From Lachnospiraceae bacterium (GTDB taxonomy: Bacteria > Bacillota > Clostridia > Lachnospirales > Lachnospiraceae), in assembly GCA_045605685.1 (NCBI GenBank), contig JAZUQL010000085.1, positions 68,018 to 132,017 of the forward strand: DNA of 64,000 nucleotides, given 5' to 3'. Made by a program: the position numbers and the translations under genes. Positions 53,279 to 63,840 of this stretch are shown one piece after another. Each line of letters begins with the position of its first letter. The stretch's first letter is position 1. Below the pieces are notes generated by a model. The model saw nothing but the letters and a program-made list of their open reading frames with translations. It was not told the DNA's origin and did no database searches.

Positions 53279-53294
53279 TTTTGGAGGATAAAAT

Positions 53295-56051
53295 ATGCAA
53301 GTAACTCAAGTAAAAATCAACGGAATTAGTAACCCAATAGGCTTTGCTTATGAAAAAGTAAAATGTTCTTGGAAAGTAACCGATACAAAAGCTAAGAAAC
53401 AGGAATATGTGACAATTCGTGCATATTCGGACGTGGAGTGTACTGACCAAGTGTACATCAAAGAAGGAAAAAAACTAAATAGTATAGGAGAGATTCTTGA
53501 AATAGATTTGAAACCATGTACAAGATATTATTATACAGTTGAAGTGCAAGGTGATAATGGTGAATCTGCAACAAGTGAAGTGGCTTGGTTTGAAACAGGC
53601 AAGATGAATTTGCCGTGGATTGCAAACGCGATTACACTATCTGGAGAAGATGCGTTTCATCCGGTATTTGTGAAGACATTTGCAGCGCAAGATGATATTA
53701 AATCCGCACGAATCTACATTACTGGTGCAGGACTATACGAAGCATATCTAAACGGAGATAAAATCGGAGAAGATATGTATGCCCCATTTACAAGCGATTA
53801 TGATAATAAAATGCAGTATCAGACATATGATGTTACCAATATGCTAAAGAATGAAAATGAATTACGCATTCTTTGCGGAAAAGGTTGGTATATGGGACGT
53901 CTTGGATATGAAGGACATGAGGCTGTATTTGGGAATCAATTTTGGACTTTGGCCGAATTGCATGTTACATATGCAGATGGAACGCAGGATATTATTAAAA
54001 CAGATAAATCGTGGAAGTATTGCGGGTCAGATATAGAAAGCAGTGATATTTATGACGGTGAGGTCTATAATAGAACTTTATGGGATGGAAAAGAGAATCC
54101 TATGAAAGAGGTAGAACTCTACGATCTAAATATGAAAACGCTTGTGGAAAGAGATAGTTTACCATTAAAGGGGCAAGAGGAATTAAAGGTTGCAAAAGTG
54201 ATTCAAACACCTGCAAAAGAAATGGTGCTTGACTTTGAACAGAACTTTACCGGATATATTGAGTTCAAAAACACATTACCTGCCGGCACAAAAGTTGTGT
54301 TTGATTTTGGTGAAATTTTACAAAACGACAATTTCTATAATGATAATTATCGTACGGCAAAATCTCAATTTGTATACGTATCAAACGGAGAAGAAGAGAT
54401 TGTACGCCCACACTTTACATTCTTTGGTTTCCGTTATGTAAGAGTAACCGGATGGGTTGGAGAATTAACGGAAGATGCTGTATGGGCAAAGGCAGTATAT
54501 TCGCAGTTAGATGTTACAACAGAGTTTGAGTCAAATAATTCTAAAATCAACAGACTTTATTTGAATTGTTTATGGGGGCAGAAATCCAATTTCATTGATA
54601 TGCCATTGGATTGTCCGCAACGTGATGAGAGATTGGGATGGACCGGAGATGCACAAGTGTTTGCTCCGACTGCAAGTTTTAATATGGATACAAGAGCGTT
54701 CTACGCAAAATTCTTGGATGACCTTCGTCTGGAGCAGTTAAAGTGGAATGGTTCAGTTCCGAACTTTATACCAAACTATACAAAGAACCACGGTGGAGCA
54801 GCTGTATGGGGCGATGCTGCTGTCTTTATTCCAATGGTAATGTATGAATATTTTGGAGATAAAGACCGTCTGGAACATGATTATCCAATGATGAAAGATT
54901 GGATTGATTATATCAGCAGAGAGTGTGAAGCACATAATAGCGGTAAATTAGTAAACTATGCAATGCAGTTTGGTGACTGGTTAGGATTGGATGGTATTAC
55001 AGAGCAGAGCTTTAAGGGCGGAACGGATGATAGTTTTGTGGCAACGGTTTATTATCATGCTTCTGCGCAAAAACTTTCCAGAGCAGCAGAGATTCTCGGA
55101 TTACAAAATGAATCAAGAAAATACGAAGAATTAGCACAACAGATTCGTCAGGCAATACTGGATGAATTTTTCTCAAGTAACGGACGCTTGGCGATTGATA
55201 CGCAGGCGGCATACATTATTGCTCTCAGATTTAATGTATATCGTAAAAAAGAAAGAATTATTTCCGGATTAAAAGAGCGATTAAGAAAAGACTGTTATAG
55301 AATTAAGTGCGGTTTTGTTGGAGCACCTGTTATGTGTCAGGTACTTGCAGAAAACGGCATGGAGGAAATGGCGTATAGAATATTCTTTTATGAAGGATTT
55401 CCGGGTTGGTTACGTTGCGTTAATTTAGGTGCAACAACAATTTGGGAAAGATGGAACTCCGTGTTGGATGACGGAAGAATCAGCGGTACGAACATGAATT
55501 CGTTAAACCACTATTCTTATGGTTCTGTAATGGAATTTGTATATAGATATACTGTTGGATTAGTTCCAATTGAACCTGCGTTTAAGAATGTTATGATTTC
55601 TCCGAAAATTATCAATAAACTTTCAGAAATTTCATACAAATATGATTCCATTTCGGGAAAATATGTGATATACTATAAAGTGTTAGAAAACGGTGAAATT
55701 AAAATGCATATTGAAGTTCCATTTAATTGTAAAGCAAAATTATGTTTGCCGGGAACGGATGAAGAGACAATGGAACTGGAGGCAGGTGTAACCGAATTAC
55801 AATATATGCCGAAGTATGATTTTATGAAACCATTTACGGAGAATAGTATATTAGATGAATTAAAACAATCGAAAGAAGCTGTTGCAATTCTTGAAAAATA
55901 CGCTCCGGCTGCAATTGATATGATAAAGAATGATGATATTGAGTCTCTCTCACTTTCTCTTGCGGATATGTTGCATATGCCTTATATGGGATTCGATGAG
56001 GATGAAGTAAGAAAGGCAATTGCAGAGATTAAAGAGGTAAGATTTGTATAA
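53295..56051 (+). CDS. Alpha-L-rhamnosidase (GH78)
   Basis: Bac_rhamnosid N-terminal pattern (WFETG.., ARIYITGAGLYEAYLNG), catalytic six-hairpin region (DCPQRDERLGWTGD). ~918 aa. Confidence 0.85.
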   Translation: MQVTQVKINGISNPIGFAYEKVKCSWKVTDTKAKKQEYVTIRAYSDVECTDQVYIKEGKKLNSIGEILEIDLKPCTRYYYTVEVQGDNGESATSEVAWFETGKMNLPWIANAITLSGEDAFHPVFVKTFAAQDDIKSARIYITGAGLYEAYLNGDKIGEDMYAPFTSDYDNKMQYQTYDVTNMLKNENELRILCGKGWYMGRLGYEGHEAVFGNQFWTLAELHVTYADGTQDIIKTDKSWKYCGSDIESSDIYDGEVYNRTLWDGKENPMKEVELYDLNMKTLVERDSLPLKGQEELKVAKVIQTPAKEMVLDFEQNFTGYIEFKNTLPAGTKVVFDFGEILQNDNFYNDNYRTAKSQFVYVSNGEEEIVRPHFTFFGFRYVRVTGWVGELTEDAVWAKAVYSQLDVTTEFESNNSKINRLYLNCLWGQKSNFIDMPLDCPQRDERLGWTGDAQVFAPTASFNMDTRAFYAKFLDDLRLEQLKWNGSVPNFIPNYTKNHGGAAVWGDAAVFIPMVMYEYFGDKDRLEHDYPMMKDWIDYISRECEAHNSGKLVNYAMQFGDWLGLDGITEQSFKGGTDDSFVATVYYHASAQKLSRAAEILGLQNESRKYEELAQQIRQAILDEFFSSNGRLAIDTQAAYIIALRFNVYRKKERIISGLKERLRKDCYRIKCGFVGAPVMCQVLAENGMEEMAYRIFFYEGFPGWLRCVNLGATTIWERWNSVLDDGRISGTNMNSLNHYSYGSVMEFVYRYTVGLVPIEPAFKNVMISPKIINKLSEISYKYDSISGKYVIYYKVLENGEIKMHIEVPFNCKAKLCLPGTDEETMELEAGVTELQYMPKYDFMKPFTENSILDELKQSKEAVAILEKYAPAAIDMIKNDDIESLSLSLADMLHMPYMGFDEDEVRKAIAEIKEVRFV

Positions 56052-56066
56052 AGGAGGAAATGCACA

Positions 56067-56708
56067 GTGGCAGTAAAAGCATTTATATTTGATTTAGATG
56101 GAGTAATTGTATTTACCGATAAATTTCATTATCAAGCGTGGAAAAAGATGGCAGATGAGATGGGGATTTATTTCGATGAAACCATCAACAACCGTCTGAG
56201 GGGCGTAAGCAGAATGGAAAGTCTTGATATTATTCTTGAGAGATATGAAGGCCCGGCATTGTCGCAAGAAAGAAAAGATGAACTTGCAGCACAAAAGAAT
56301 GAAACGTATCGTGCATTGCTTGCAAACATGACTCCGGAGGATGTAACACAGGAGGTTCGAGATACCTTAAAAGAACTTCGTAACCGTGGTTATAAGATAT
56401 CTCTTGGTTCATCCAGCAAGAATGCGAAGTATATTTTAGAAAGAGTAGATTTGACAGATTATTTTGATGCAATCTCTGATGGGACCAATATTACCAAGTC
56501 AAAACCGGATCCGGAAGTATTTTTAAAGGCTGCCGAGTTTTTGGGGGAAAAGCCGGAAGATTGTGTTGTAGTAGAAGACGCATATGCAGGTATAGATGCG
56601 GCGAAATCCGGCAATATGATGGCTGTTGGTATTGGGGATGCATATGACTACGAGAAAACGGATTATCCGATTCGTACATTTTCAGAATTATTAGATATAG
56701 CGAAATAG
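56067..56708 (+). CDS. pgmB: Beta-phosphoglucomutase (canonical HAD motifs)
   Basis: FDLDGVI, LRGVSR, GSSSKN, SKPDPEVF, VEDAYAGI. GTG start. Confidence 0.8.
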   Translation: MAVKAFIFDLDGVIVFTDKFHYQAWKKMADEMGIYFDETINNRLRGVSRMESLDIILERYEGPALSQERKDELAAQKNETYRALLANMTPEDVTQEVRDTLKELRNRGYKISLGSSSKNAKYILERVDLTDYFDAISDGTNITKSKPDPEVFLKAAEFLGEKPEDCVVVEDAYAGIDAAKSGNMMAVGIGDAYDYEKTDYPIRTFSELLDIAK

Positions 56709-56778
56709 TAAGTCTTTAAAAGTTTTGCTATATATAGTATAATGTAAGTATTAGAACACCAGATAGGAGAACGGAGCT

Positions 56779-57615
56779 ATGGATATTTTAGAGGCACTTC
56801 AAATGACAATTCCCTTAGTAAAAGAAGCGTTGAACATAGACGCACAAATTTGCCTGGTCGATAGAGAGAAGACAATTGGGGTATGGCCGGGGAAAACATT
56901 TAAAATGGATATTCCGGTAGGAACAGTTCTCGATATTAATCATCCGGGGGATGATATGATGATTAAATGTATTGAGACCGGAATTGGTAGCCATGGTAAC
57001 TTACCCGAGTTTATTTATGGTGTTCCAACAAACGGAATCTTAACACCGGTCAAACAAGATGGTAAGGTTGTAGGTGTTATCAGTGCGGCTGTTTCCATTA
57101 AGAAGAATAAGGAATTAATGGAAAGGATGGAAGAGGTGCATGAAGGGTTAGGCGCAACACAGGTTGGCGTAACTGAGATTGTAGAGAATGCAATGAAAAT
57201 TGTAGAACTTTTACAGAATGCATTGGAAGTCTGTGAGGAAATGCAAGCCACATTGAAATCAACCTCTACGGTTGTATCCGGAATACAGGCTGATTCAAAG
57301 AAATCGAATATGATTGCGTTGAATGCATCTATTGAGGCTGCACGTGTTGGTGAAGCCGGTCGAGGATTTGCGGTTGTTGCCAATGAAATGGGAATGCTTG
57401 CAAAGAACAATGGTGAATCAGCAAAACAAATCACGGAACAGATTAAGATGATTTCGAATTCCATTATTAACATGAGCAATCAGTTTAGTACAATTATGGA
57501 ATCGGCAACTGGTCAGGCAGCGATTACAGAAGAGATGACAGCGGCACTTGCTGAGGTAACACAAAAGTCAAGTGAAGTTGCAAGGCTAAGTAGGATTTCG
57601 CTAGATGAAGATTAA
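56779..57615 (+). CDS. Soluble short methyl-accepting-chemotaxis-type signalling protein
   Basis: N-terminal PAS/GAF-like ~110 aa, then the MCP hairpin-tip motif [29 protein letters not shown]. No TM or HAMP. Confidence 0.75.
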   Translation: MDILEALQMTIPLVKEALNIDAQICLVDREKTIGVWPGKTFKMDIPVGTVLDINHPGDDMMIKCIETGIGSHGNLPEFIYGVPTNGILTPVKQDGKVVGVISAAVSIKKNKELMERMEEVHEGLGATQVGVTEIVENAMKIVELLQNALEVCEEMQATLKSTSTVVSGIQADSKKSNMIALNASIEAARVGEAGRGFAVVANEMGMLAKNNGESAKQITEQIKMISNSIINMSNQFSTIMESATGQAAITEEMTAALAEVTQKSSEVARLSRISLDED

Positions 57616-57638
57616 TGTTTGGAAGGGAGAACAAATAA

Positions 57639-57875
57639 ATGAAATTAAATAATGTAACAGATCCAAAGGAATTATTAGAGATTATTGATAGTTGTGAAGG
57701 TAAGGTAGAGTTAATTACGGAAGATGGAGACAGACTTAATTTAAAGTCTAAATTATGCCAGTATGTATCGTTGGCTACTATCTTTACAGCTGCAGCTACA
57801 ATTCCGGAGATTGAGATTATTGCATATGAACCGGATGATATCAATAAATTAATGAAATTTATGTTAAAGGGTTAA
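57639..57875 (+). CDS. 78-aa hypothetical protein, probably co-transcribed with the mini-MCP
   Basis: GGAAGGGAG RBS, 23-nt gap after the MCP-like gene, terminator immediately downstream. Confidence 0.55.
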   Translation: MKLNNVTDPKELLEIIDSCEGKVELITEDGDRLNLKSKLCQYVSLATIFTAAATIPEIEIIAYEPDDINKLMKFMLKG

Positions 57876-57877
57876 AT

Positions 57878-57908
57878 AAAAGGCGCTACTTATGTAGCGT
57901 CTTTTTTG
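57878..57908 (+). terminator. Rho-independent terminator
   Basis: aggcgctac-ttat-gtagcgtct followed by T6. Confidence 0.8.
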
Positions 57909-57990
57909 TTGGCTATTAAGATATAATTTAAGAAAAACGGTTATTATAGTCAGTTCTGGAAATAATAATGACAATATTGGAAAAGGATGT

Positions 57991-59130
57991 ATGAATATGG
58001 GGTTGAAGTTCAAACAATATTGTATGTTAGTTGTTTTCGGAATTTTTGTATTTGTTTTATTTTGGAATTATGAATCTGTGTGGTTGGGTGTGTTGAAATT
58101 AATAAAAATCTCAAAACCGGTTTTGTTGGGGTTGGTTTTTGCATTCATATTGAATATCATTATGCAGATGTATGAAGGATTACTTCTGAAACGATTTGTT
58201 TATAAAACAATAGGATTAACAGGAAACCAAAAAAAGAAAAGGGAGAACAGAATTCACATAATCAGTTGTTTCCTTGCGGTTATAACCATTTTGTCAATTT
58301 TTATGCTGATTGGCTGTTTTTTGGCACCCAAAATTATAAGGGGCTTAAGGGAAATATATGATATTGTACAGAATACGATTCCGGAGTGGTTAGAGAAGCT
58401 GGAAAAAAGAGGAGTTAAAATTCAGGATTTGAGCCGTTTTGTTGAAGAAGGAAGCATACAACAATTGTTGGAGAATTTTGTGTTGCGTGAAAGTGCACTC
58501 GGTACAACCTTGATTGGGTTGACATATCAAGTGGCAAAGTTTTTGATTTCGTTTGTGATTGCATTTATCATAGCAATCTATATTTTGCTTGAAAAAAGAA
58601 ATATTGGACGCCAACTATACAAATTGCTAAAGGTGTCTTTGCCGATTGCAAAAAGAAAAAGAGTTCTTCACATTGCAACGATTATCAGTGAGAAGTGCAA
58701 CGGTTTTGTGCGAGGTCAGGTAATAGAAGGGGCATTATTAGGTGTGATGATTTATGCAGGATTTCTGTTATTTCGAATTCCGTATGCAAGTATCATTGCA
58801 GTCACGACCGGGGTATTGTCTTTTGTTCCGTATGTAGGAGCTATTGTTTCCTGCGTGATAGGGGCATTTTTTGTTTTTGTGATAAATCCTAAGAAGGTTG
58901 TAGTGTCAATTATTGTATTTCAGGTAATACAATTTATAGAAAACCAATTCATATATCCGAAAGTAGTGGGAAAGTCTGTTGGTTTATCTCCTTTGTGGAC
59001 GTTGATAGCAATTTTAATTGGAGGAGGTTTGTTCGGAATTGGAGGAATGATTTTGTTTGTCCCGATGTTTGCAACGATTTTTGAACTAATAAAAGAAGAA
59101 ACCAATAAGGGGATTAAAAAAAATAAATAG
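57991..59130 (+). CDS. AI-2E family (PerM/UPF0118) membrane transporter
   Basis: ~8 TM and family-typical C-terminal P.VG..VG(L)SP region. Confidence 0.75.
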   Translation: MNMGLKFKQYCMLVVFGIFVFVLFWNYESVWLGVLKLIKISKPVLLGLVFAFILNIIMQMYEGLLLKRFVYKTIGLTGNQKKKRENRIHIISCFLAVITILSIFMLIGCFLAPKIIRGLREIYDIVQNTIPEWLEKLEKRGVKIQDLSRFVEEGSIQQLLENFVLRESALGTTLIGLTYQVAKFLISFVIAFIIAIYILLEKRNIGRQLYKLLKVSLPIAKRKRVLHIATIISEKCNGFVRGQVIEGALLGVMIYAGFLLFRIPYASIIAVTTGVLSFVPYVGAIVSCVIGAFFVFVINPKKVVVSIIVFQVIQFIENQFIYPKVVGKSVGLSPLWTLIAILIGGGLFGIGGMILFVPMFATIFELIKEETNKGIKKNK

Positions 59131-59197
59131 ATATACTTTATTTTACGGATGAAAATTGCTATAATCAGAATCAAGGTATATTTGAAAGGAGAAACTA

Positions 59198-59860
59198 ATG
59201 GCGAAGGTAGAAAAAATTACAAAACAACAAGCATCAGAATTATTTAAAGATGGCATGACAATTATGATTGGTGGGTTTATGACGAATGGAACCGCAGAGA
59301 ATATTGTGGATGCAATCGTAGAGAGTAAAGCGAAAGATTTGACAATTATTTGCAATGATGCAGGCTTTGAAGGTGTAGGAACCGGTAAGTTATTGCAGTC
59401 GGGTCAGTGCAAGAAATTGATTGCAAGTCACGTTGGGCTGAATAAGATGTGCGGACAGATGTATACAGCGGGTGATCTTGAATTAGAACTTGTTCCGCAG
59501 GGTACGCTTGCAGAAAGAATCCGTTGTGGAGGTGCCGGATTGGGAGGATTCCTTACACCGACAGGAGTAGGAACCATTGTTGCAGAAGGCAAGGAAGTAA
59601 TGGTAATAGATGATGTGGAATATTTGGTTGAAAAACCTTTGAAAGCAGATGTTGCAGTAATATATGGTTACATGGTGGATGAAGTGGGTAATATCCGCTA
59701 TAAAGGTTCTATGAGAAACTTCAATAACATGATGGCAACTGCAGCTGATACTGTTATAGTAGAAGCGGAGAAGCTGGTTGCGGCTGGAGAGATCGGTGCT
59801 GATTATGTTGAAACTCCTGCTGTATTTGTTGATTACATATTAGAAGGAGGAGCAAAATAA
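59198..59860 (+). CDS. 3-oxoacid / acetoacetate CoA-transferase subunit A
   Basis: [27 protein letters not shown] motifs. Confidence 0.85.
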   Translation: MAKVEKITKQQASELFKDGMTIMIGGFMTNGTAENIVDAIVESKAKDLTIICNDAGFEGVGTGKLLQSGQCKKLIASHVGLNKMCGQMYTAGDLELELVPQGTLAERIRCGGAGLGGFLTPTGVGTIVAEGKEVMVIDDVEYLVEKPLKADVAVIYGYMVDEVGNIRYKGSMRNFNNMMATAADTVIVEAEKLVAAGEIGADYVETPAVFVDYILEGGAK

Positions 59861-60510
59861 TGGAAGATAAAAAAGGATTTATTGCAAAACGTGTTGCACA
59901 GGAATTAAAAGATGGTGATGTTGTTAACTTGGGAATTGGTCTTCCGACCATGGTTCCGGCTTATTTGGATCCGTCTGTTTCAATTACATTACAATCAGAG
60001 AATGGTTTCTTAGGACTGAAATCAGAACAAGATCCAGAAGATGAAGGATACGTTGTAAATGCGGGTGGTGCACCGGCAGGAATAGAGAAGACAGGAGCGT
60101 TCTTTAGCAGTGCAGATTCTTTCGCGATTATTCGTGGGGGACATGTTGATGCAACAGTACTGGGCTCTTTGCAGGTTGATGAAAAAGGTAATATTGCAAA
60201 CTGGATCATTCCGGGCAAGATGGTTCCGGGAATGGGAGGAGCAATGGATCTTGTTGTTGGTGCGAAGAAAGTTATCGTCGCAATGGAACATACCAACAAA
60301 GGAAAACACAAGATTTTAAAAGAATGTACACTTCCTCTTACTGCAAAAGGCCAGGTTAATCTCATTATTACTGAGATGGGCGTAATGGAAGTGACAAAAG
60401 ACGGAATTGTATTAAAAGAATATAATCCGGAATATACATTGGAAGAGATTCAAGAAGCGACAGAAGCTCAGCTAATCATTGCAGAAGATTTAATTAAAAT
60501 GGAATTGTAA
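59860..60510 (+). CDS. 3-oxoacid / acetoacetate CoA-transferase subunit B
   Basis: Catalytic-Glu motif [20 protein letters not shown] overlap with subunit A. Confidence 0.85.
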   Translation: MEDKKGFIAKRVAQELKDGDVVNLGIGLPTMVPAYLDPSVSITLQSENGFLGLKSEQDPEDEGYVVNAGGAPAGIEKTGAFFSSADSFAIIRGGHVDATVLGSLQVDEKGNIANWIIPGKMVPGMGGAMDLVVGAKKVIVAMEHTNKGKHKILKECTLPLTAKGQVNLIITEMGVMEVTKDGIVLKEYNPEYTLEEIQEATEAQLIIAEDLIKMEL

Positions 60511-60532
60511 TCTATAATCATCGGAATTTTAT

Positions 60533-61891
60533 ATGAAAACAGGATTTTTTACAAAAGATGTAGGGTTTTATAAGACGCTTTTCCGTATGCTGGCAGTAGT
60601 TGCCTTGCAAAATCTGGTGGCATACAGTGTAAATATGTTAGATAATATTATGCTTGGTTCTTACAGTCAGGCAGCACTTTCGGGTGCTGCCACTGTAAAT
60701 CAAGTTTTTTTTATGGTGCAACAATTTGCATTATCGATAGGAAACGCATTAGTTGTTTTGGCATCGCAGTATTGGGGGGAACAGAAGACAAAACCAATTC
60801 GGGCATTGTCTAGAATTGCGTTAAGACTTGGATTTATAATTGGAGTGCTGATTTTGTTAATTTGTATTCTTTTTCCAAGAGTACTGATTCGATGTTTTAC
60901 GAAGGATATGCTCATATTACAGCAGGGAATGGAATATTTGTCTATTGTGCAATGGTCATTTTTGTTGTTTATTATGAGCAGTGTTTTGATGGCTGCTTTG
61001 CGAAGTATTGGTATCGTAAATATTTCTTTTTGGGTATCGGTTGTTTCATTGATTGTAAATGCTGGTATTAATTATGTGCTGATTTTTGGAAAGTTCGGAT
61101 TCCCGCGTCTGGGAGTAAAAGGGGCTGCAATCGGAACTGTGATTGCACGTGTGATAGAACTGGGGATTGTATTATATTATATACTTAGAAAAGAAAAGAG
61201 AATACAGTTGTTTGCGAAAGAAAAACTTTCTTCTGAGAAAGGCTTAAGAAAGGATTACACGAAAGTCTATATTCCAATTATGTGTTCACAAGTGCTATGG
61301 GGGGTGTCAGTACCGGTTCAGTCAATTATACTTGGGAATCTGTCATCGGATGCGATTGCGGCGAATTCTGTAGCTACCACATTTTATCAATATCTAAAGG
61401 TGATTGTAATTGCGATGTCTTCTGTGTCGGCGGTTATGATTGGCAATGCAATCGGAAATGGAAAGGAAGAAAGAATTCGCTCAGATGCAAGAACTTTATC
61501 CGTAATCGATGTGGGGATAGGAGTAATATTGGCGGTTCTTTTAATTGTATTTCGTGCCCCTCTTTTAAGTAATTATGTTTTGTCAGACTCGGCAAGAACG
61601 ATGGCGGGCAATCTAATCTTAATTATGAGCCTTGTAATGGTTGGAATGTCCTACCAGATGCCGGTTAGCTTTGGGATTATACAAGGCGGCGGTGACACCA
61701 AGTTTACAATGACCATGAATATGATTAGTACATGGTTAATTGTGATGCCGTTATCTGTTTTGGCGGCATTTGTATGGAAACTTCCGGTTGAGGCGGTTGT
61801 CCTTGTTATACAATCGGATCAGATATTTAAAGGTCTGCCGACGTTTATAAGATTTAGAAGTTATAAGTGGTATAAGAAACTTACTCAATGA
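60533..61891 (+). CDS. MATE-family efflux transporter
   Basis: 12 TM, 452 aa, N-terminal P..LQNL....MLD.IMLG pattern. Confidence 0.8.
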   Translation: MKTGFFTKDVGFYKTLFRMLAVVALQNLVAYSVNMLDNIMLGSYSQAALSGAATVNQVFFMVQQFALSIGNALVVLASQYWGEQKTKPIRALSRIALRLGFIIGVLILLICILFPRVLIRCFTKDMLILQQGMEYLSIVQWSFLLFIMSSVLMAALRSIGIVNISFWVSVVSLIVNAGINYVLIFGKFGFPRLGVKGAAIGTVIARVIELGIVLYYILRKEKRIQLFAKEKLSSEKGLRKDYTKVYIPIMCSQVLWGVSVPVQSIILGNLSSDAIAANSVATTFYQYLKVIVIAMSSVSAVMIGNAIGNGKEERIRSDARTLSVIDVGIGVILAVLLIVFRAPLLSNYVLSDSARTMAGNLILIMSLVMVGMSYQMPVSFGIIQGGGDTKFTMTMNMISTWLIVMPLSVLAAFVWKLPVEAVVLVIQSDQIFKGLPTFIRFRSYKWYKKLTQ

Positions 61892-62285
61892 TATCTTTTT
61901 GTTGTGTCAGAGGGCCGAGTTCCTTTTGGTAACGCTCGTCCTGATGAACAACATAAGCATTGGGATCGATTGGGATGTTTCGCTCGTTCATTCGTTTGAT
62001 ACTCCATACATACAAAATATCAAGGGCCGGTATGAGTTCTTTTCCGATTTCGGTTAAGGCATACTCAACCTTAAGAGGCATAACCTGGTGTTGGATGCGT
62101 TGAACCAGTCCGTCACGCTCCAGTTCCTTGAGTTGCTGAGATAAGACTTTTTCGCTAATCGGAAGAGTCTTTTTTGTTTCGTTAAACCGTATGGTTCCAT
62201 AAGTGTGTATATGATGCAAAATCGTGGTTTTCCATTTTCCTGAAATACAGGACATTGCATATAAATAAGGATTCACATGTTCCAT
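61881..62285 (-). CDS. HxlR-family winged-helix regulator
   Basis: C.IS.(K)WK..IL..I....RFNE.K..L..IS.K.L...LKELE.DGLV.R. Confidence 0.8.
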   Translation of the reverse strand: MEHVNPYLYAMSCISGKWKTTILHHIHTYGTIRFNETKKTLPISEKVLSQQLKELERDGLVQRIQHQVMPLKVEYALTEIGKELIPALDILYVWSIKRMNERNIPIDPNAYVVHQDERYQKELGPLTQQKDIIE

Positions 62286-62635
62286 GGTAAAATATCCTTT
62301 CTTCTCTATTTAAGTAAAATTATATAATAAGTTGTGGCGGGAGTAAATGGAAAAATGAAAAAAAGTACAAAAAATGCACAAAAAATCACGGGCTATTTTG
62401 TACTATATAAATAAAAGAGGTTACTTTTTGGTAACCAGATAACCAAAATGTAATTATTGAACAAAATAGACGAATCATTTATAATAAATAGTGCTCGATA
62501 TGGAAAACTTGTCTAAGAAATTTCCATTATTTTGAGTCATAATTGTTCTAAAATGAATAAAATATGTATAAAAATTGGAAATGTTTACTATTTTATCAGG
62601 GGGAACACAATAATTTTAAGGAAAGAGGTAGAAAA

Positions 62636-62986
62636 ATGGTAAAGAGAACGATTGAGGAATTATCAACTTACAATGCACCTGGACATCATGGATGTACATG
62701 TATGCGTTATCATGGAAAGGAAGAGACAGGAGCTTCTAAATTCTGGGTAGGAATGAGTGTATTTTTACCTGGTGGCGGAGCAGATTATGCATACGATGAT
62801 AACCCATTGGAAAAGGTTTATTACGTTCTTGAGGGTGAAATGACCGTAACAGATAAAGATGGTAACGAATATGTGATTCACGCAAACGAATCTATTTCAT
62901 TCCCACCAAATGAGGGACGTTATCTTGAGAATAAGAGTAACCTTCCGGCAAGAATGCTTGTTATCATTAATTACCCGGAAGCTTAA
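62636..62986 (+). CDS. Cupin-domain protein
   Basis: ~116 aa beta-barrel pattern (G..H.H...EKVYYVLEGEM.V). AAAGAGG RBS precedes ATG 62636. Confidence 0.65.
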   Translation: MVKRTIEELSTYNAPGHHGCTCMRYHGKEETGASKFWVGMSVFLPGGGADYAYDDNPLEKVYYVLEGEMTVTDKDGNEYVIHANESISFPPNEGRYLENKSNLPARMLVIINYPEA

Positions 62987-63019
62987 TATAATTTATAATA
63001 ACTAGGAGGAATACATAAA

Positions 63020-63814
63020 ATGGTAGCCGTAAAGAAAGAATTTGTAGATAATATGTTTTCCGTTAAAGGAAAAGTAGCACTTGTTACAGGCGCAACCGGA
63101 GCTTTGGGAAAAGTTCTCTCAAAAGCATATGGATATGCCGGAGCGAAAGTTATGATGACTGGTCGTAATGAAGCTAAATTAAAAGAATTAGAAGAAGAAT
63201 TCAAAGCAGAAGGAATTGAATGTGCATACTGTGTAGCAGATCCTTCAAAAGAAGAAGATGTAGAAGCTTTAATCAAAGCTACAGTTGCAGCTTTTGGTGA
63301 AGTTAATATCTTGGCAGTATGTCATGGATATAACAAACCACAGAATATCTTAGATCAGTCAGTTGCTGATTGGCAGTATATTATGGATGCAGATTGTAAA
63401 TCCGTATATGTAGTATGTAAATATGTTGCTCACCAGATGGTAGAACAGGGCAAAGGCGGAAAGATGGTTGTTGTTACATCTCAGCGTTCAAAACGCGGTA
63501 TGGCAGGATACACAGGATACTGTACATCGAAAGGTGGAGCAGACCTTATGGTATCAAGTATGGCATGCGACTTAACAGCAAAATACGGAATTAACGTTAA
63601 CTCAATCTGTCCTACTGTATTCCGTAGCGAATTAACAGAGTGGATGTTCGATCCGGAATCAGCTGTATATCAGAACTTTATGAAACGTGAGCCAATCGGA
63701 CGTTTGGCTGAGCCAGATGATTTTGTTGGATTTGCATTATTCTTATCATCTGACGCTTCTAACTTTATGACAGGTGGAAACTACGATTGTAGTGGTGGAT
63801 ACTTAACTTGTTAA
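63020..63814 (+). CDS. Short-chain dehydrogenase/reductase
   Basis: TGATGALG cofactor motif, catalytic YCTSK. Confidence 0.85.
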   Translation: MVAVKKEFVDNMFSVKGKVALVTGATGALGKVLSKAYGYAGAKVMMTGRNEAKLKELEEEFKAEGIECAYCVADPSKEEDVEALIKATVAAFGEVNILAVCHGYNKPQNILDQSVADWQYIMDADCKSVYVVCKYVAHQMVEQGKGGKMVVVTSQRSKRGMAGYTGYCTSKGGADLMVSSMACDLTAKYGINVNSICPTVFRSELTEWMFDPESAVYQNFMKREPIGRLAEPDDFVGFALFLSSDASNFMTGGNYDCSGGYLTC

Positions 63815-63840
63815 TCAGGATCAGATAGGAGAAGATAAGC

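Noticed and set aside
57991-59130. AI-2E-family permease as part of a quorum-sensing system with luxS
   Set aside because: The family name is historical. The gene is 30 kb from luxS with unrelated neighbours, and nothing in the sequence links them.
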